DNA of 64,000 bases from an uncultured delta proteobacterium (GTDB lineage Bacteria > Desulfobacterota > BSN033 > UBA1163). The first letter of the stretch is position 1, and every line of letters starts with the position of its first letter. The DNA lies in assembly GCA_963828805.1 (NCBI GenBank), contig CAWHGS010000048.1, forward strand, positions 15,152 to 79,151, given 5' to 3'. Below the pieces are notes generated by a model. That model was not told the origin of the DNA. It saw only the letters and a program-made list of their open reading frames with translations, and ran no database searches. The translations under genes were made by a program, and so were the position numbers. Below, in pieces: positions 29,926 to 45,765 of the stretch.

Positions 29926-31349
29926 CTATTTTCCGATGCAGAATTGATCAAATATTCGGTTTAGCACATCTTCGGAAGTGGTTTCTCCCATCAGCTCTCC
30001 GAGGGCTTCGAGGCAAGACCGAATATCGAAGGCGATGAATTCAGGTGAACTTCCCTCTTCCAGACCTTTGATTGCACTTGAGAGATTGTCCCTCGCCTGA
30101 GCCAGACCATTCTTGTGCCGAATGTTGGCGACGATCAGGTGATCAGGAGATTTTCTCACGTCCCTATGGATCAGGGAAGTGTAGATTGCTTCTTTCAGGT
30201 CATTGATTCCCTCATTCTTAAGCGCTGAAAGATGAACGATTGGGTCGTTTTCAAATTTAGCTTTCAGGCTCTCTTCCGAGACTCTAACGGGAAGATCCTT
30301 CTTGTTCACGACCAACACTCTTTTCCTTCTCTCTGTTTTTTGCAGGATCTCCCGGTCATCTTCGTCAAGCTCACGGCTACCATCAATCACTAACAGGAGG
30401 AGGTCTGCTTCGTCCATTTTCTCCTTCGTTTTCTTCACCCCTTCCCGCTCCACAGTGTCCACTGTCTTTCTCAGCCCTGCCGTATCCATGAGTCTCACAG
30501 GAATCCCTTGAACATTAAGAGACTTCCTCAATCACGTCCCTGGTTGTCCCAGGCACCGGCGTCACAATAGCTCTTTCCTCTTTGATGAGCACATTAAGAA
30601 GGCTCGATTTCCCCACATTCGTCTTTCCGATGATGGCACAGGAGATTCCCTCACGGAATATCTTGCCCTCTTCATAGGACGCGATCCATTCCTCCAATTT
30701 TTCGACCATTCCCGTCAGATCATCCTGAAGCCTTCTCAAAGAAACCGACTCGATCTCTTCTTCCGGGAAATCGATATGGGCCTCGATCAGGGCCAGGTGA
30801 TTCACCAGCGTTTCTTTGAGGGACATCATTTCCTTAAAGAGCATGCCTCTGAGTTGCTGATTGGCGACCTCGAGGCCGGCCATGGTCCTCGACCTGATCA
30901 GATCGATCACCGCTTCAGCCTGGGTGAGATCGATCCGGCCATTGAGAAAGGCCCTCTTTGTAAACTCTCCGGGCTGGGCAATCCTTGCGCCTTCCTTCAG
31001 GACCAGCTCCAACATTTTCTGTAAAATCAGGTATCCGCCATGGCAATGAATCTCGACAACATCCTCCCTGGTGTAAGTTCTGGGCGCCTTCATCAGGACA
31101 ACAAGGACCTCATCGACAGCATCTGCCTGTCTCGGGATTGATGATCTCTCCGTAATGGAAATGGTGTGAAATAGACTGGGTGGAGTCTTTCCTTGGCTTA
31201 AATAATTTGCGGACAATCGACTCGGCCTTGGGGCCGCTCATGCGGACGATTCCGATGCCGCTTTCTCCAACAGGGGTTGAAATGGCAGCGATCGTTTCCT
31301 CTTCCCCGGCCGCTTCCTGTTTCGAAATGGTAGAGATGTTTCGATTCAA
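29926..31349 (-). CDS. mnmE: tRNA modification GTPase MnmE (two frameshifts)
   Basis: [47 protein letters not shown]. Confidence 0.95.
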
Positions 31350-31360
31350 GAGGTTAGATA

Positions 31361-31826
31361 TTATTCCCCTTCTTGCCTGGTGGGGATGATCTTAATTTTT
31401 TTCCATTCCCCTTCCCCAAGGCTCTCCGTCTTGAGGGAAAGGTCTTCTTTCAGGGCAATATGAATGATCCGTCGATCATGGGCATTAAAAGGGCCGATCA
31501 GTAACTTCCTTTCCCGTCTTTTTCACATTTTCTCCCAACCGACCAGCCATTTTTTCCAGGGAATCGGCTCTTCGTTTCTTATAGCCTGCAACATCGAGAA
31601 TGATTCGAACAGGCTTTTTAATCTGCTTATTCACCATCCTGCTGATAATGATTTGGAGCGCCTCCAGGGTACGACCGTGCTTACCGATGAGAATGCCGCC
31701 GTCATCGCTTTTAACCTCCAGATAAATATCTCCTTCTTTGACGGAGCCTTCGACTTCGGTCTCAATTCCGAGCCTCTGGAGCAATCCCAGCATTAACTGT
31801 CTTGCAACTTCAACCCATTCTTCCAA
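31361..31826 (-). CDS. jag: Jag/EloR KH-R3H RNA-binding protein (frameshift; lacks Jag_N domain)
   Basis: [28 protein letters not shown]; follows yidC. Confidence 0.88.
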
Positions 31827-31839
31827 AGCGACATCCTCA

Positions 31840-33563
31840 TCATTTCTTGTTCATGTAGTATTGATGGCCTATGGTAAGGATATTATTGACCATCCAATAC
31901 AGAACCAGTCCGGACGGAAAATTGAGGAACATAAAGGTAAACACGACCGGCATCATAAGCATCATCTTTGCCTGTGACGGATCAGCGGTCGTGGGTGTCA
32001 TCTTCTGTTGAATCACCATGGTTGCCCCCATGATAATCGGCGTGATATAGATGGGGTCTTTCGCAGAGAGATCCTGGATCCACCAGAAGAAGGGGGCATG
32101 TCTCATCTCGATCGTATTCTGCAGCGCATTATAAAGGGCGATAAAGAATGGAATCTGAATCACCATGGGAAGGCATCCGCTCATGGGGTTCACTTTTCGC
32201 CGCTTATAGAGGAGCATGATCTCCTGCTGAAGCCTCGCCTTGTCGTTCTTATAGGTTTCTCTGAGCCGTGCCATCTCCGGCTGGACCTTCTGCATCTCCT
32301 TCATCGATTTGAAGCTTATCTGAGTCAGGGGAAGAAAGATGAGTTTTATCAGGATGCTAATCAGAATAATATCGATACCATAATTTTTCGTAGCGGTGTG
32401 GGTCAGGTTTATGAACCACAGGAGCGGCTTGGCAACGACCGTAAACCATCCGAAATCGATCAGCTTTTCCGCCTCGACACCAACGGCTTTCAATGGCGTC
32501 TCGGCTTTCGGTCCGAGATAGACCCGATACGGAATTTTGACAGACTGCTGGGGGAGTATGGTAGACGGGGGAGGGGACAGAGTGGCCAGCAAGATATTCT
32601 TTGCATTACCTTTTACAGATAGGGCAACGTCCTTCACGGCCGGAGGAGGTATCAACATGGCACAAAAATATTCGCCGCCAAAAGAAAACCACTTAATGTT
32701 CCCTTTATCTGAGAATTCAAATGGCTGTATCGTTTTACTCTGAGGCCCACAACTGGGGACACAGCCTCCAGAGCTTGCGCCGCCAAACTCATTCTTCTCT
32801 ACTTTCTCATTCTTCAGGAATTCATACCTGAGCCCGAAATCCTTGTTTCCCTCATCGACCAACTTAACCAGATCAATCTTTCCAATCCATTCAAGTCCCA
32901 ACTGGAGAGTGATTTCATTTGAGGTTGGATTCTGAACTTCGACATCGATATCGATGATCTCATCTTCTGAATGAAACCGATATCGCTTTACCACCTTCAA
33001 GCCATTTTCCAACTCTTTCTCAAAGGTCACCTCTCCATTTTCACCGGGACGAACAAGGCTAAGTTTCTCCTTGTCCACATCCCAATTTCCGGCTACAAAA
33101 GGGGATTGGGAGCTCGAGTCCCAGAGGGAGACCTTCTTCTTCGTTTGTATTAATGAGGTCGAGGGGTTCCGGTTTTTTTGGCTCTCCAGTTTTATTACCC
33201 AGGATGCCTTCAACGAATCGAGTCAGCGTAATCGTGATCGACGACTCTTCCACCCTATCTTTATATTTTTTCAGCTTAAAGTGCTTGAGTTTTGCATCCT
33301 GGTTGGTGAGGACAGCCACAATAGTTCTTGGTCTCAACGGAAACCTCTTTTGTTGCAACCTCTTTCACCTTGGAGCCGGGTTTAGACTCTTTTGACGGAG
33401 CAGGTTTTGTTTGGAGGATCTCTTTTTTCTGTTCTAAAGGTGCAACCTGTTCCTTCTTCACCTCTTGAACGGGTTCCGGTGGAAAGAGTTTCGATTGGAT
33501 AAAACTCCAGCCAATTATAATTATAAATGTCAATATTATCGCAAGGATACCTTTCTTTTCCAT
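31840..33563 (-). CDS. yidC: Membrane protein insertase YidC (frameshifts)
   Basis: VYLGPK, IDFGWF, NPMSGCLPMVIQIP, PSGLVLYW. Confidence 0.95.
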
Positions 33564-33587
33564 GTTTCCCTTGCTCGGGTCTCCTTC

Positions 33588-33842
33588 CTAGAGATTTTTA
33601 ATGTTTTCTGGAACGGGATCGTATCCACCAGGATGGAAAGGATGGCATTTACAGAGCCTCTTTAGGGAGACCCAGCCTCCCTTTACGATTCCAAAACGTT
33701 GAATCGACAAAGAAGTGTAAGAGGAACAAGAAGGGAAAAAACGGCAGCAGGGTCCCAAGAAGATCGAAAGGCTATGTTGATAAAGACGGATCAGAAAAAT
33801 AACCCCTTTCTGCACTAACCCCTGGAGCAGTCCCTTTCTCAT
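33588..33842 (-). CDS. yidD: Membrane protein insertion efficiency factor
   Basis: CRFFPSCSSY, KCHPFHPGGYDPVP. Confidence 0.94.
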   Translation of the reverse strand: MRKGLLQGLVQKGVIFLIRLYQHSLSIFLGPCCRFFPSCSSYTSLSIQRFGIVKGGWVSLKRLCKCHPFHPGGYDPVPENIKNL

Positions 33843-34177
33843 AGCGCAAGAAGTCCTCTCAGCTCTTCTTCTGCTTCTCTATACCGCCTGATCTTGCACC
33901 CCTTTTTGACCAGGAAGATAAGATCAAAAGACCCTTTGATCTGTTCCTTGTGAAGGCGGAAAAACTCCCGCAAATACCGTTTAGCTCGATTTCGGTAGGT
34001 CGCTGACCCGACTTCTTTCTTTACCACAATGCCTAAGCGATGAAACTGATTTTCATTCTTCTGGGAGAATAGGATGAAATTTCTGGAGGGAAGTCTCTTT
34101 CCTGATTTCATCACCCTTCTGAAATCCTGGGGGTCCGTGATCCGTTCTCTTTTTGTAAATCGGAAACGTCTTCTCAC
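33839..34177 (-). CDS. rnpA: Ribonuclease P protein component
   Basis: RLGIVVKKEVGSATYRNRAKR RNR motif; synteny. Confidence 0.92.
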   Translation of the reverse strand: MRRRFRFTKRERITDPQDFRRVMKSGKRLPSRNFILFSQKNENQFHRLGIVVKKEVGSATYRNRAKRYLREFFRLHKEQIKGSFDLIFLVKKGCKIRRYREAEEELRGLLAL

Positions 34178-34200
34178 AACGGGCTTCAGGAATTTCGGAC

Positions 34201-34335
34201 TTAAACGGTCAATCGCTTCCTTCCCTTCATTCTCCTTCGCCTCAAGACATTGCGGCCGCCTCGGGTGCTCATCCTTTCCATAAAACCGTGCGTCCTTTTC
34301 CGTCTGATGTTGCTTGGCTGATAGGTCCTTTTCAC
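34201..34335 (-). CDS. rpmH: 50S ribosomal protein L34 (not in ORF track)
   Basis: Hand translation [44 protein letters not shown]. Confidence 0.97.
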   Translation of the reverse strand: MKRTYQPSNIRRKRTHGFMERMSTRGGRNVLRRRRMKGRKRLTV

Positions 34336-34390
34336 CGAATTCCTTTCTTGATGCTAGGGTGGCTTATTTTTTGAAATACTTAAACTTCTA

Positions 34391-34468
34391 AAATTAATCA
34401 TATTTCTTCTCCAATGTCAAGCCTCGTGCTAAATTTTGTTGACAGGAGAGAGGTTTATATATTAAATT
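34391..34468. promoter_or_regulatory. Back-to-back sigma70-like promoters for rpmH and gyrA
   Basis: TTGACA on minus strand (34420-34415) and plus strand (34439-34444), each with an AT-rich -10-like hexamer 17-18 bp downstream. Confidence 0.6.
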
Positions 34469-34513
34469 TTTTTAATAAAATTAATAGATTAATCTTTAGG
34501 AGCCCTTCTGTCC

Positions 34514-36935
34514 ATGATCCCAGAAAATATCCTTGTCAATATCGAAGATGAAATGAAAAAGTCCTATATGGACTACGCCATGAGCGTGATCATCGGCCGC
34601 GCGCTTCCGGATGTGAGGGACGGTTTAAAGCCTGTCCACCGCCGCATCCTCTATGCCATGAATGAGCTCAGCAATGATTGGGATAAACCCTACAAGAAGT
34701 CTGCAAGAATCGTCGGCGATGTCATCGGTAAGTACCATCCTCACGGAGACATGGCTGTCTATGATGCCATCGTCAGAATGGCCCAGGATTTCTCTCTGCG
34801 GTATCCCCTGGTCGACGGGCAAGGAAATTTCGGATCCATCGATGGAGACCCTCCGGCAGCCATGCGTTATACGGAGATCCGCATGGCCAAGCTCACGGCC
34901 GAGCTGCTGGCGGATATCGATAAAGACACGGTCGGTTTTGTTCCCAACTATGACGATTCTCTGACGGAACCCGCCGTCCTCCCATCCAAATTTCCCAACC
35001 TCATCGTCAACGGTTCCTCCGGAATTGCGGTCGGAATGGCAACCAACATCCCTCCCCACAATATGGTCGAAACGATCGATGCCCTGATCACCCTGGTCGA
35101 CAATCCGGATGCCTCTTTGGAAGAACTGATGACGCATCTTCCCGGCCCGGATTTTCCAACCGCCGGGTTCATTTACGGGAAAGACGGGATCCGACAGGCC
35201 TACGAAACCGGAAAAGGGGTGATCCAGATTCGAGCCAGGGCGATCATCGAGCGGGATCGAAAGGGTGAGCGAGAAAATATTGTCGTCACAGAACTTCCTT
35301 ACCAGACCAATAAGGCCAGATTGATCGAGAAGATTGCCGAGCTCGTCCGGAATAAGACGATGGAAGGGATCTCCAATATTCGTGACGAATCGGACCGGGA
35401 AGGGATGAGGGTCGTCATCGAGCTCAAACGGAACGAAATGGCGGAAGTCATCCTGAATCAGCTTTATAAACATACTCAGATGCAAACCTCCTTTGGGATC
35501 ATTCTTCTGGCCATCCACCAGAACCAGCCGAGGCTTCTTACCCTTAAGGAGATGCTTCAGCTCTTCATTCAGCATCGCCAGGAAGTGGTCACCCGAAGGT
35601 CCCTTTTCGATCTCAAAAAGGCTGAGGCGAGGGCTCACATCCTGGAAGGTCTGAAAAAAGCGATCGACCAGATCGACGCCGTCATCGCGGCGATCAGGGC
35701 GTCGAAGACTCCCAAAGAGGCCAAGGAACGCTTGATCGAACGATTTGGATTCTCCGATGAACAAGCCCAGGCCATTCTCGAGATGAGACTCCAACGGCTC
35801 ACCAACCTCGAACAGCGTAAGATCGTCGAGGAGTTTGAGGAATTGATCAAGCTGATCAATCGATTGAAGGCGATCCTTGAAAGTGAGCGATTGAAGCTCA
35901 ACTTGATCAAGGAAGAACTGGTCTCGATTCGAGACGCCTTCGGAGACGAGCGAAGAACTGAAATCGTCGATATCGCCCCCGAGATTCGCCGCGAAGACCT
36001 GATTGCGGAAGAGGATATGGTGGTCACCATCACCCACACCGGGTATATTAAGAGAAATCCCATCAGCCTCTACCGGAGCCAACATCGTGGAGGAAAGGGA
36101 AAAGTCGGCATCAATGTCAAAGAAGAGGATTTTGTCGAAGACCTCTTCATTGCATCCACCCATGATTACATCCTCTTTTTCACCGATGCCGGAAAGATCT
36201 TTTGGAAAAAAGTTCACGAACTCCCTCAGGCGGCCCGATTGACCCGCGGCAAGGCCATCGTCAATCTTCTTAACCTGGGGCCACGGGGAAAAGGTGACCA
36301 CGATCCTTCCCCTCAAAGATTTTACAAAGGACAAGTTTATAAACTTCATGACGAAAAGAGGGGTCATTAAGAAGACCTCCCTTGAAGCTTACAGCAATCC
36401 GCGGGCAGGGGGTATCATCGCCATCAACCTCGATGAAGGGGACGAACTCATTTCGACCAAGATAACGGATGGAAAAAACCATCTCTTTATCGGCACGAAG
36501 CTGGGAAAGGCCATCCACTTTCCGGAAAGTCAAATAAGGGAGATTGGCCGCACGGCTCGGGGGATGAGAGGGATCAGAATTTCCAAAGAAGATGAAGTGG
36601 TGGGAATGGAAGTGGTCGCTCCTCACACTCAGATCCTGACCGTCGCCGCCCACGGCTATGGAAAACGAACCCAGGCTTCTGAGTACCGCATCCAGAACAG
36701 GGGAGGTTCGGGAATCTTTACGCTGAAGAGAACAGCCAAGACAGGAAATGTGGTGAGCATTAAGACCGTCGTCGATGAGGACGAATTAATGGTCATCTCA
36801 GACCAGGGCAAAATTATCCGATTGCGGGCAGCCGATATTCCCGTGCAGGGAAGAAGCACGCAGGGAGTAAGGCTGATCAATCTTGAGGAGGGAGAGCGGG
36901 TGGTTGCCGTGGGAAGATTGGCTGAAAAGGAATAA
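34514..36935 (+). CDS. gyrA: DNA gyrase subunit A (frameshift near 36280)
   Basis: [27 protein letters not shown], GyrA-box QHRGGKG, C-terminal repeats. Confidence 0.97.
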
Positions 36936-36996
36936 GACGAAGAGGGTTGTTTCACTCTTTAGGGGGGAATAAAAAAAAACAGAATAAAAAAAATAC

Positions 36997-37110
36997 TTGA
37001 AATTTGTTTTGAATGGGTTTATATTAACGCCATCCTCATCTATTTGCCCCTCTTTAAACTTAATTTCAGTTGTTTTCAGTTATCCACATTTGTGGAAACA
37101 TTGTGTAAAT
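36997..37110 (+). promoter_or_regulatory. dnaA promoter with DnaA boxes
   Basis: TTGAAA-17bp-TATATT; perfect box TTATCCACA at 37080-37088 followed by inverted degenerate boxes. Confidence 0.75.
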
Positions 37111-37215
37111 GGTCTTATAATCAGTTGAAAATGATAGATTTTTTCTTGTTGGGCCAACCCTGCCCATCTCATAAATTACCTTCGCTTAATGTCTTAAACC
37201 ATCAAGGTCCAATTC

Positions 37216-38553
37216 ATGGAAAACATATGGTCAAAGGTGATTGACTCTTTGAAGGAACGGGTCGGTCAACAAAACTTTGACATCTGGATAAAACCCATCC
37301 AATTTGTCTCCGTCGAGGAAGAGAGCGTAAAACTCGAGGTTCCAAATCGATTTTTCAAAGAATGGATCAACGAACACTACGCACCTCAGATCAAAGAGGT
37401 CTTCTCTCGGATCCTGGAGAAACCCTCTCAGATCCAGTTTCTGATCAAGAATGAAAAGATGGCCGAGAAGGGAGTGCCCGCCACACCGCTTCAAAAAAAG
37501 GATTCAGGGAAAGCCCCTTCTTTAGGAATGATTTTCAATACAAAATATACGTTCGATAATTTTGTCGTGGGCGCAAGCAACCAGTTTGCCCATGCCGCCT
37601 GCCTGGCCGTTGCCAATATGCCGGCAAAAAATTATAATCCGTTATTTCTCTATGGAGGCGTCGGTTTAGGAAAGACCCATCTCCTTCATGCCATCGGAAA
37701 TCACATCATTCAGCAGCGGACGTTTCCCGATGTAAAAAAAATCTGCTACCTCTCCGCAGAGGAGTTCACAAACGAATTGATCAATTCCCTTCGTTTTGAC
37801 AAGATGGAAGAGTTTCGAAATAAATTTCGAAGAATGGATATTCTGCTCATTGATGATATTCAATTTATCGCGGGAAAAGAAAGAACGGAGGAGGAATTTT
37901 TCCATACGTTTAATTCGCTTCACGATGCCCGGAAGCAAATCGTCGTGACGAGCGACAAGTTTCCCAAGGATATTCCGAATTTTGAGGAGAGACTTCGCTC
38001 TCGATTTGAGTGGGGCCTCATCGCCGACATTCAGCCTCCGGATATCGAAACCAAAGTAGCCATCCTGAGAAAAAAGGCTGAAAGTGAAAAAATTTCTCTC
38101 CCGAACGATGTCGCCTTTTTTTTGGCATCCCAGATCGATTCCAATATTCGCGTCTTAGAAGGATGTTTGATCCGCATCGGCGCCTTCGCCTCATTGACCA
38201 AGACCACCGTCAATATCGATGTCGCCAAAGAAGTTTTAAAGAATATCATTAAACCAAAAGAAGAATTGATCTCTATTGATGCGATTCAAAAAGTGGTGGC
38301 GAACGTTTTCAATGTCAAGATCTCCGATTTAAAGACGAAACGCAAGTATAAAGGACTTGTTCTTCCAAGACAGGTTGCCATGTATCTCTCTCGAAAATTA
38401 ACGGATGCCTCCTTGCTTGAAATTGGGGAAAAATTTGGAGGCAAGGATCATTCGACCGTCCTTCACTCCATCAAAAAGGTAGAAACCAAGATGGCGCAGG
38501 ATCCTACGTTTAGAGAAACCGTCGAAAATATGAAGAGTAGAATTAAGTCATAA
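37216..38553 (+). CDS. dnaA: Chromosomal replication initiator DnaA
   Basis: YNPLFLYGGVGLGKTHL, LLIDDIQF, RLRSRFEWGL, FGGKDHSTV. Confidence 0.98.
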   Translation: MENIWSKVIDSLKERVGQQNFDIWIKPIQFVSVEEESVKLEVPNRFFKEWINEHYAPQIKEVFSRILEKPSQIQFLIKNEKMAEKGVPATPLQKKDSGKAPSLGMIFNTKYTFDNFVVGASNQFAHAACLAVANMPAKNYNPLFLYGGVGLGKTHLLHAIGNHIIQQRTFPDVKKICYLSAEEFTNELINSLRFDKMEEFRNKFRRMDILLIDDIQFIAGKERTEEEFFHTFNSLHDARKQIVVTSDKFPKDIPNFEERLRSRFEWGLIADIQPPDIETKVAILRKKAESEKISLPNDVAFFLASQIDSNIRVLEGCLIRIGAFASLTKTTVNIDVAKEVLKNIIKPKEELISIDAIQKVVANVFNVKISDLKTKRKYKGLVLPRQVAMYLSRKLTDASLLEIGEKFGGKDHSTVLHSIKKVETKMAQDPTFRETVENMKSRIKS

Positions 38554-38762
38554 AAGGGGTGGATTTTTTGGGGAGGGCTTAAGAAATTAGGAAGAGAAAA
38601 AAGAGAGAGGGTATAAAGGGGTGCCTTTTCCCCATCTCTCCACAATAGGTTTTGACGTCAAAACCTTCATTCTTTTGACGGATTAGAACTCTTTTCATCA
38701 TTTCCACACCCCTCTATTATGTCTACTAGCTTAAAGATATAATTATTTAGGAGGACTCATTC
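38554..38762. other. Probable oriC unwinding region (dnaA-dnaN intergenic)
   Basis: Degenerate DnaA box ATTTCCACA (38700-38708), C-rich spacer, trio-like CTATTATGTCTACTA (38714-38728), AT-rich tail. Confidence 0.72.
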
Positions 38763-39919
38763 ATGAATCTTGATATTGATAAAAGGGAACTCTTAAAGGG
38801 TCTCGTCTTTGTCCAGAGCATCGCGGGTCGAAAAACAACCCTTCCCATTTTATCTCACGTCCTGATGGAAGCGGACAAGGATTCGCTCTATCTGACGGGG
38901 ACGGATCTTGAAACAGGAATTCGAGAAGGACTGCCGGCCAATGTTCGTCAGGAAGGAAAGGCCTCTGTATCGGCCAAAAAGTTGTATGAGATTGTGAGGG
39001 AACTTCCCGATGAAACAATCCATCATCGAGAAAAAAGAGAACCATTGGATTACGCTCAAGTGTGGAAAATCCACCTTCAACCTTGCGGGTTTAGACCCCG
39101 ATGAATTTCCTTCACTTCCAACCTACCAAGAAGAACATTTTTCGAAGGTTCCCACAGCCATCCTCATGGAGATGATTGAAAAAACGGTTTTTGCAGCCTC
39201 CAACGAGGAATCGCGGTACCACCTGAATGGAATCTTTTTTATTGCAGGCGAAACAGGCGAGGAAGAGATGTGTTGAGGATGGTTGCTACCGATGGCCATC
39301 GTCTCTCCATGATTCATCGTGAAGGGTATCGAATTCGTGGAATTGAAAAAGGGATTATCCTTCCCAAGAAAGGTGTGATGGAGGTTAGAAAAATAATGGG
39401 AGACAAAGAGGAGAAGAGCCGATGGAAATCTATTTTGATGGAACCCATGGGTTTTTGAGAATGGGAAAATCGCTCATGATTCTTGCGATTGATCGATGGG
39501 GAATTTCCGGAATATGAACAAGTGATCCCGAAAGAAAATGATAAAAAAATAAAAATGGAAAGGGAAAAGATCTATGCCTGTCATGAGGAGAATTTCCACC
39601 ATGGCCAGTGAAAGAGTCGAAGGGATCAAGATTGCCTTAAGAAAAAACGCGATGGAGGCGATCCTCGTTTAATCAGGATTTCGGGGATGCAAGGGAAGAG
39701 GTGGAGGTCGCGTATGAGGGTCCTCCATCGAGATTGGGTTTCAATGCAAGATATCTAATGGAGGTGCTCAGTGTCGTCGATGCGAACGAGGTTTGGATGG
39801 AACTGAAGGATGAAGGAAGTCCGGCTATTCTTAGACCGGCTGTTTCAGGCTCCGAAAAAACTTCGCCCTTCATCGGACCGAATGATCAACTCTTCATCAT
39901 TATGCCGATGAGAATTTAG
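38763..39919 (+). CDS. dnaN: DNA polymerase III beta clamp (multiple frameshifts)
   Basis: TLPILSHV, GTDLE, ESRYHLNG, VATDGHRL, GFNARYL, IIMPMRI. Confidence 0.94.
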
Positions 39920-40002
39920 AAAGAGTGACTTCGAATTAATCCGTTGGATAGCCTATTTTTCCTTTCCTGCCGAAGGAAAGGAGTAAATAGGAAGGAGAGG
40001 GA

Positions 40003-42402
<2,400 letters not shown>

Positions 42403-42417
42403 GGGACCCCCTGAGAA

Positions 42418-43062
42418 ATGCTGATCGTTGGATTAACGGGAGGGGTTGCGAGCGGGAAGTCAACGGTCTCGACCGTGCTGAGAGAGGAGGGGGCTTACCT
42501 CATTGATGCGGATCAGATTGCCAGAGACCTGGTTCAGCCCCATACCCCCGCGTGGCGAGAATTGGTCAAGGCGTTTGGAGAGAACATTCTTCAGAAAGAT
42601 GGATCCGTTCACCGGAAAAAATTGGCGGCCATCGTCTTCTCCAGTCCTGAAAAGAGAAGTCTATTAAACCAACTTCTCCATCCCCGGATCAAAGAAGAGA
42701 CCGAACGTCGATTAAGGGCGATCGGGCAGAGCGACCCCGAGGCCATTGTGGTGATCGACGCAGCCCTCCTCATCGAGACCGGAGCCTATCGTGAGGTGGA
42801 TCGGCTGATCGTGGTTCATGCCACGGAGGCCCAGCAGATTGAGCGGTTGAGAGAGAGGGAGGGAGTCGAACGGGAGGAGGCCCTGCAAATCGTCTCCGCC
42901 CAGATGCCCCTCGAAGAGAAGTTGAAAGTGGCGGACATGGTGATTCGAACCGAAGGGTCCCTCGAGGAGACCCGACGAAAGGCAAGAGAGGTCTTTCGGG
43001 AATTAAAGCGATTGGCCCTTCAGAAACATAGAAACCCCTGTGAGACAGGACCCTGCGCATAA
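42418..43062 (+). CDS. coaE: Dephospho-CoA kinase
   Basis: GLTGGVASGKST, IDADQIAR, LHPRI. Confidence 0.95.
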   Translation: MLIVGLTGGVASGKSTVSTVLREEGAYLIDADQIARDLVQPHTPAWRELVKAFGENILQKDGSVHRKKLAAIVFSSPEKRSLLNQLLHPRIKEETERRLRAIGQSDPEAIVVIDAALLIETGAYREVDRLIVVHATEAQQIERLREREGVEREEALQIVSAQMPLEEKLKVADMVIRTEGSLEETRRKAREVFRELKRLALQKHRNPCETGPCA

Positions 43063-43089
43063 CGACAAAGGAGGAAAGAGTAGAGGATT

Positions 43090-44343
43090 ATGAATATCAA
43101 AGATCTCAAGAAGAAAAAAGTAAGCGAGCTTTATCGGATCGCTAAAGAACTGAATATTGAAGGGGCCAGCGGAATGAGGAAACAGGAGTTGATCTTTGCC
43201 ATCCTTCAGGCCCAGACGGAAAAGAATGGCTTGATCTTTGGCGAGGGCGTTCTTGAAATCCTGCCCGATGGATTCGGGTTTCTGAGGGCGCCCGACTACA
43301 ATTATCTCCCGGGCCCGGATGATATCTATATCTCTCCTTCTCAGATCCGGCGATTCAATCTTCGTACAGGCGATACGGTCTCGGGCCAAATCCGGCCGCC
43401 CAAAGATACGGAACGATACTTCGCCATGCTGAAGGTGGAGCTGGTCAATTACGAAGATCCGGAGGTGGCCAGAGATAAGATCCTTTTCGATAACCTCACC
43501 CCTCTCTACCCTCAGGCAAGGTTCCGTCTCGAAGGCGAAAACGATCGGACGAACTACTCGGCCCGGGTGATGGACCTTCTGACCCCCATCGGAAAAGGTC
43601 AGCGAGGCCTGATCGTGGCCGCCCCGAGAACGGGTAAAACGATGCTCCTTCAAAGCATTGCCCATAGCATCGTTGCCAATCATAAGGAGGTGATCCTCAT
43701 TGTCCTCCTCATCGATGAACGGCCCGAGGAGGTGACCGATATGGAGCGGTCCGTCGCCGGAGAGGTGATCAGCTCCACGTTTGACGAACCGGCTCAGCGT
43801 CACGTCCAGGTGGCGGAGATGGTGATCGAAAAGGCGAAGCGGCTGGTGGAACATCAAAAGGATGTGGTGATCCTCCTCGACAGCATCACCCGCCTTGCCA
43901 GGGCTTACAACACGGTTGTCCCGCCGAGCGGGAAGGTCCTCTCCGGAGGAATCGATGCCAATGCGCTGCAGCGCCCCAAACGGTTTTTCGGAGCGGCTCG
44001 CAATATTGAAGAGGGCGGAAGCCTGACCGTGATTGCCACAGCGCTCATCGATACGGGAAGCCGAATGGATGAGGTGATCTTCGAGGAGTTCAAGGGGACG
44101 GGAAACATGGAGATCCATTTAGACCGTCGACTGGTGGACCGGAGAGTCTTTCCGTCCATCGACATTCAACGCTCCGGAACGAGAAAGGAGGAGCTCCTCT
44201 TGGACAAGAACGATATTAATCGTATCTGGCTCCTGCGAAAAGTGCTGCAGCCCATGAACACGGTCGAGAGCATGGAATTCCTGCTTGAAAAGATGCAGGC
44301 CACCAAGACGAACCGGGAATTCCTTGACTCCATGAATCAATAA
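43090..44343 (+). CDS. rho: Transcription termination factor Rho
   Basis: [25 protein letters not shown]. Confidence 0.98.
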   Translation: MNIKDLKKKKVSELYRIAKELNIEGASGMRKQELIFAILQAQTEKNGLIFGEGVLEILPDGFGFLRAPDYNYLPGPDDIYISPSQIRRFNLRTGDTVSGQIRPPKDTERYFAMLKVELVNYEDPEVARDKILFDNLTPLYPQARFRLEGENDRTNYSARVMDLLTPIGKGQRGLIVAAPRTGKTMLLQSIAHSIVANHKEVILIVLLIDERPEEVTDMERSVAGEVISSTFDEPAQRHVQVAEMVIEKAKRLVEHQKDVVILLDSITRLARAYNTVVPPSGKVLSGGIDANALQRPKRFFGAARNIEEGGSLTVIATALIDTGSRMDEVIFEEFKGTGNMEIHLDRRLVDRRVFPSIDIQRSGTRKEELLLDKNDINRIWLLRKVLQPMNTVESMEFLLEKMQATKTNREFLDSMNQ

Positions 44344-44421
44344 TGGGTCATCCCTACCCAGGCATTGAAAATTTTTAGGAAACTGGGTATAATTAATTCT
44401 TAATTTCAGGAGGTCTGAACG

Positions 44422-44634
44422 ATGAAAAAGGATATTCACCCGAAGATCTTTGATACGGTCATCAAATGTGCCTGTGGAGCTGCCTTCGAAACGAAGAGCA
44501 CGGAAAAGGAGATCCGCGTTGAGATCTGTTCCAGCTGCCACCCGTTCTTTACAGGGAAGCAGAAATTTGTGGACGCTGCAGGAAGGATCGAGCGGTTCAA
44601 GAAAAAATATGGCAGTAAGGTTCAGAATGGTTGA
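44422..44634 (+). CDS. rpmE: 50S ribosomal protein L31 (Zn-binding type)
   Basis: [23 protein letters not shown]. Confidence 0.97.
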   Translation: MKKDIHPKIFDTVIKCACGAAFETKSTEKEIRVEICSSCHPFFTGKQKFVDAAGRIERFKKKYGSKVQNG

Positions 44635-44788
44635 TTCCTGCTCACTCTGCTCTCCTTTTTCTCTCCCATCGATACCGAGCCACCGATTATCTGATCCTGC
44701 CCGAAAGGGCATAAGAGATAGCCATACCCTTGTCAACGACCTTCATTCGGAAGCAATCTCACAGCATTAGTTCATCTGGAGCATTCAA

Positions 44789-45745
<957 letters not shown>

Positions 45746-45765
45746 AAGAGGGAAGGGAAACGTCG

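Noticed and set aside
34625-36367. 580-aa ORF antisense to gyrA, and similar long antisense ORFs over rho, gyrB, recA and gcdA
   Set aside because: Shadow frames of conserved genes, with no recognisable motifs of their own.
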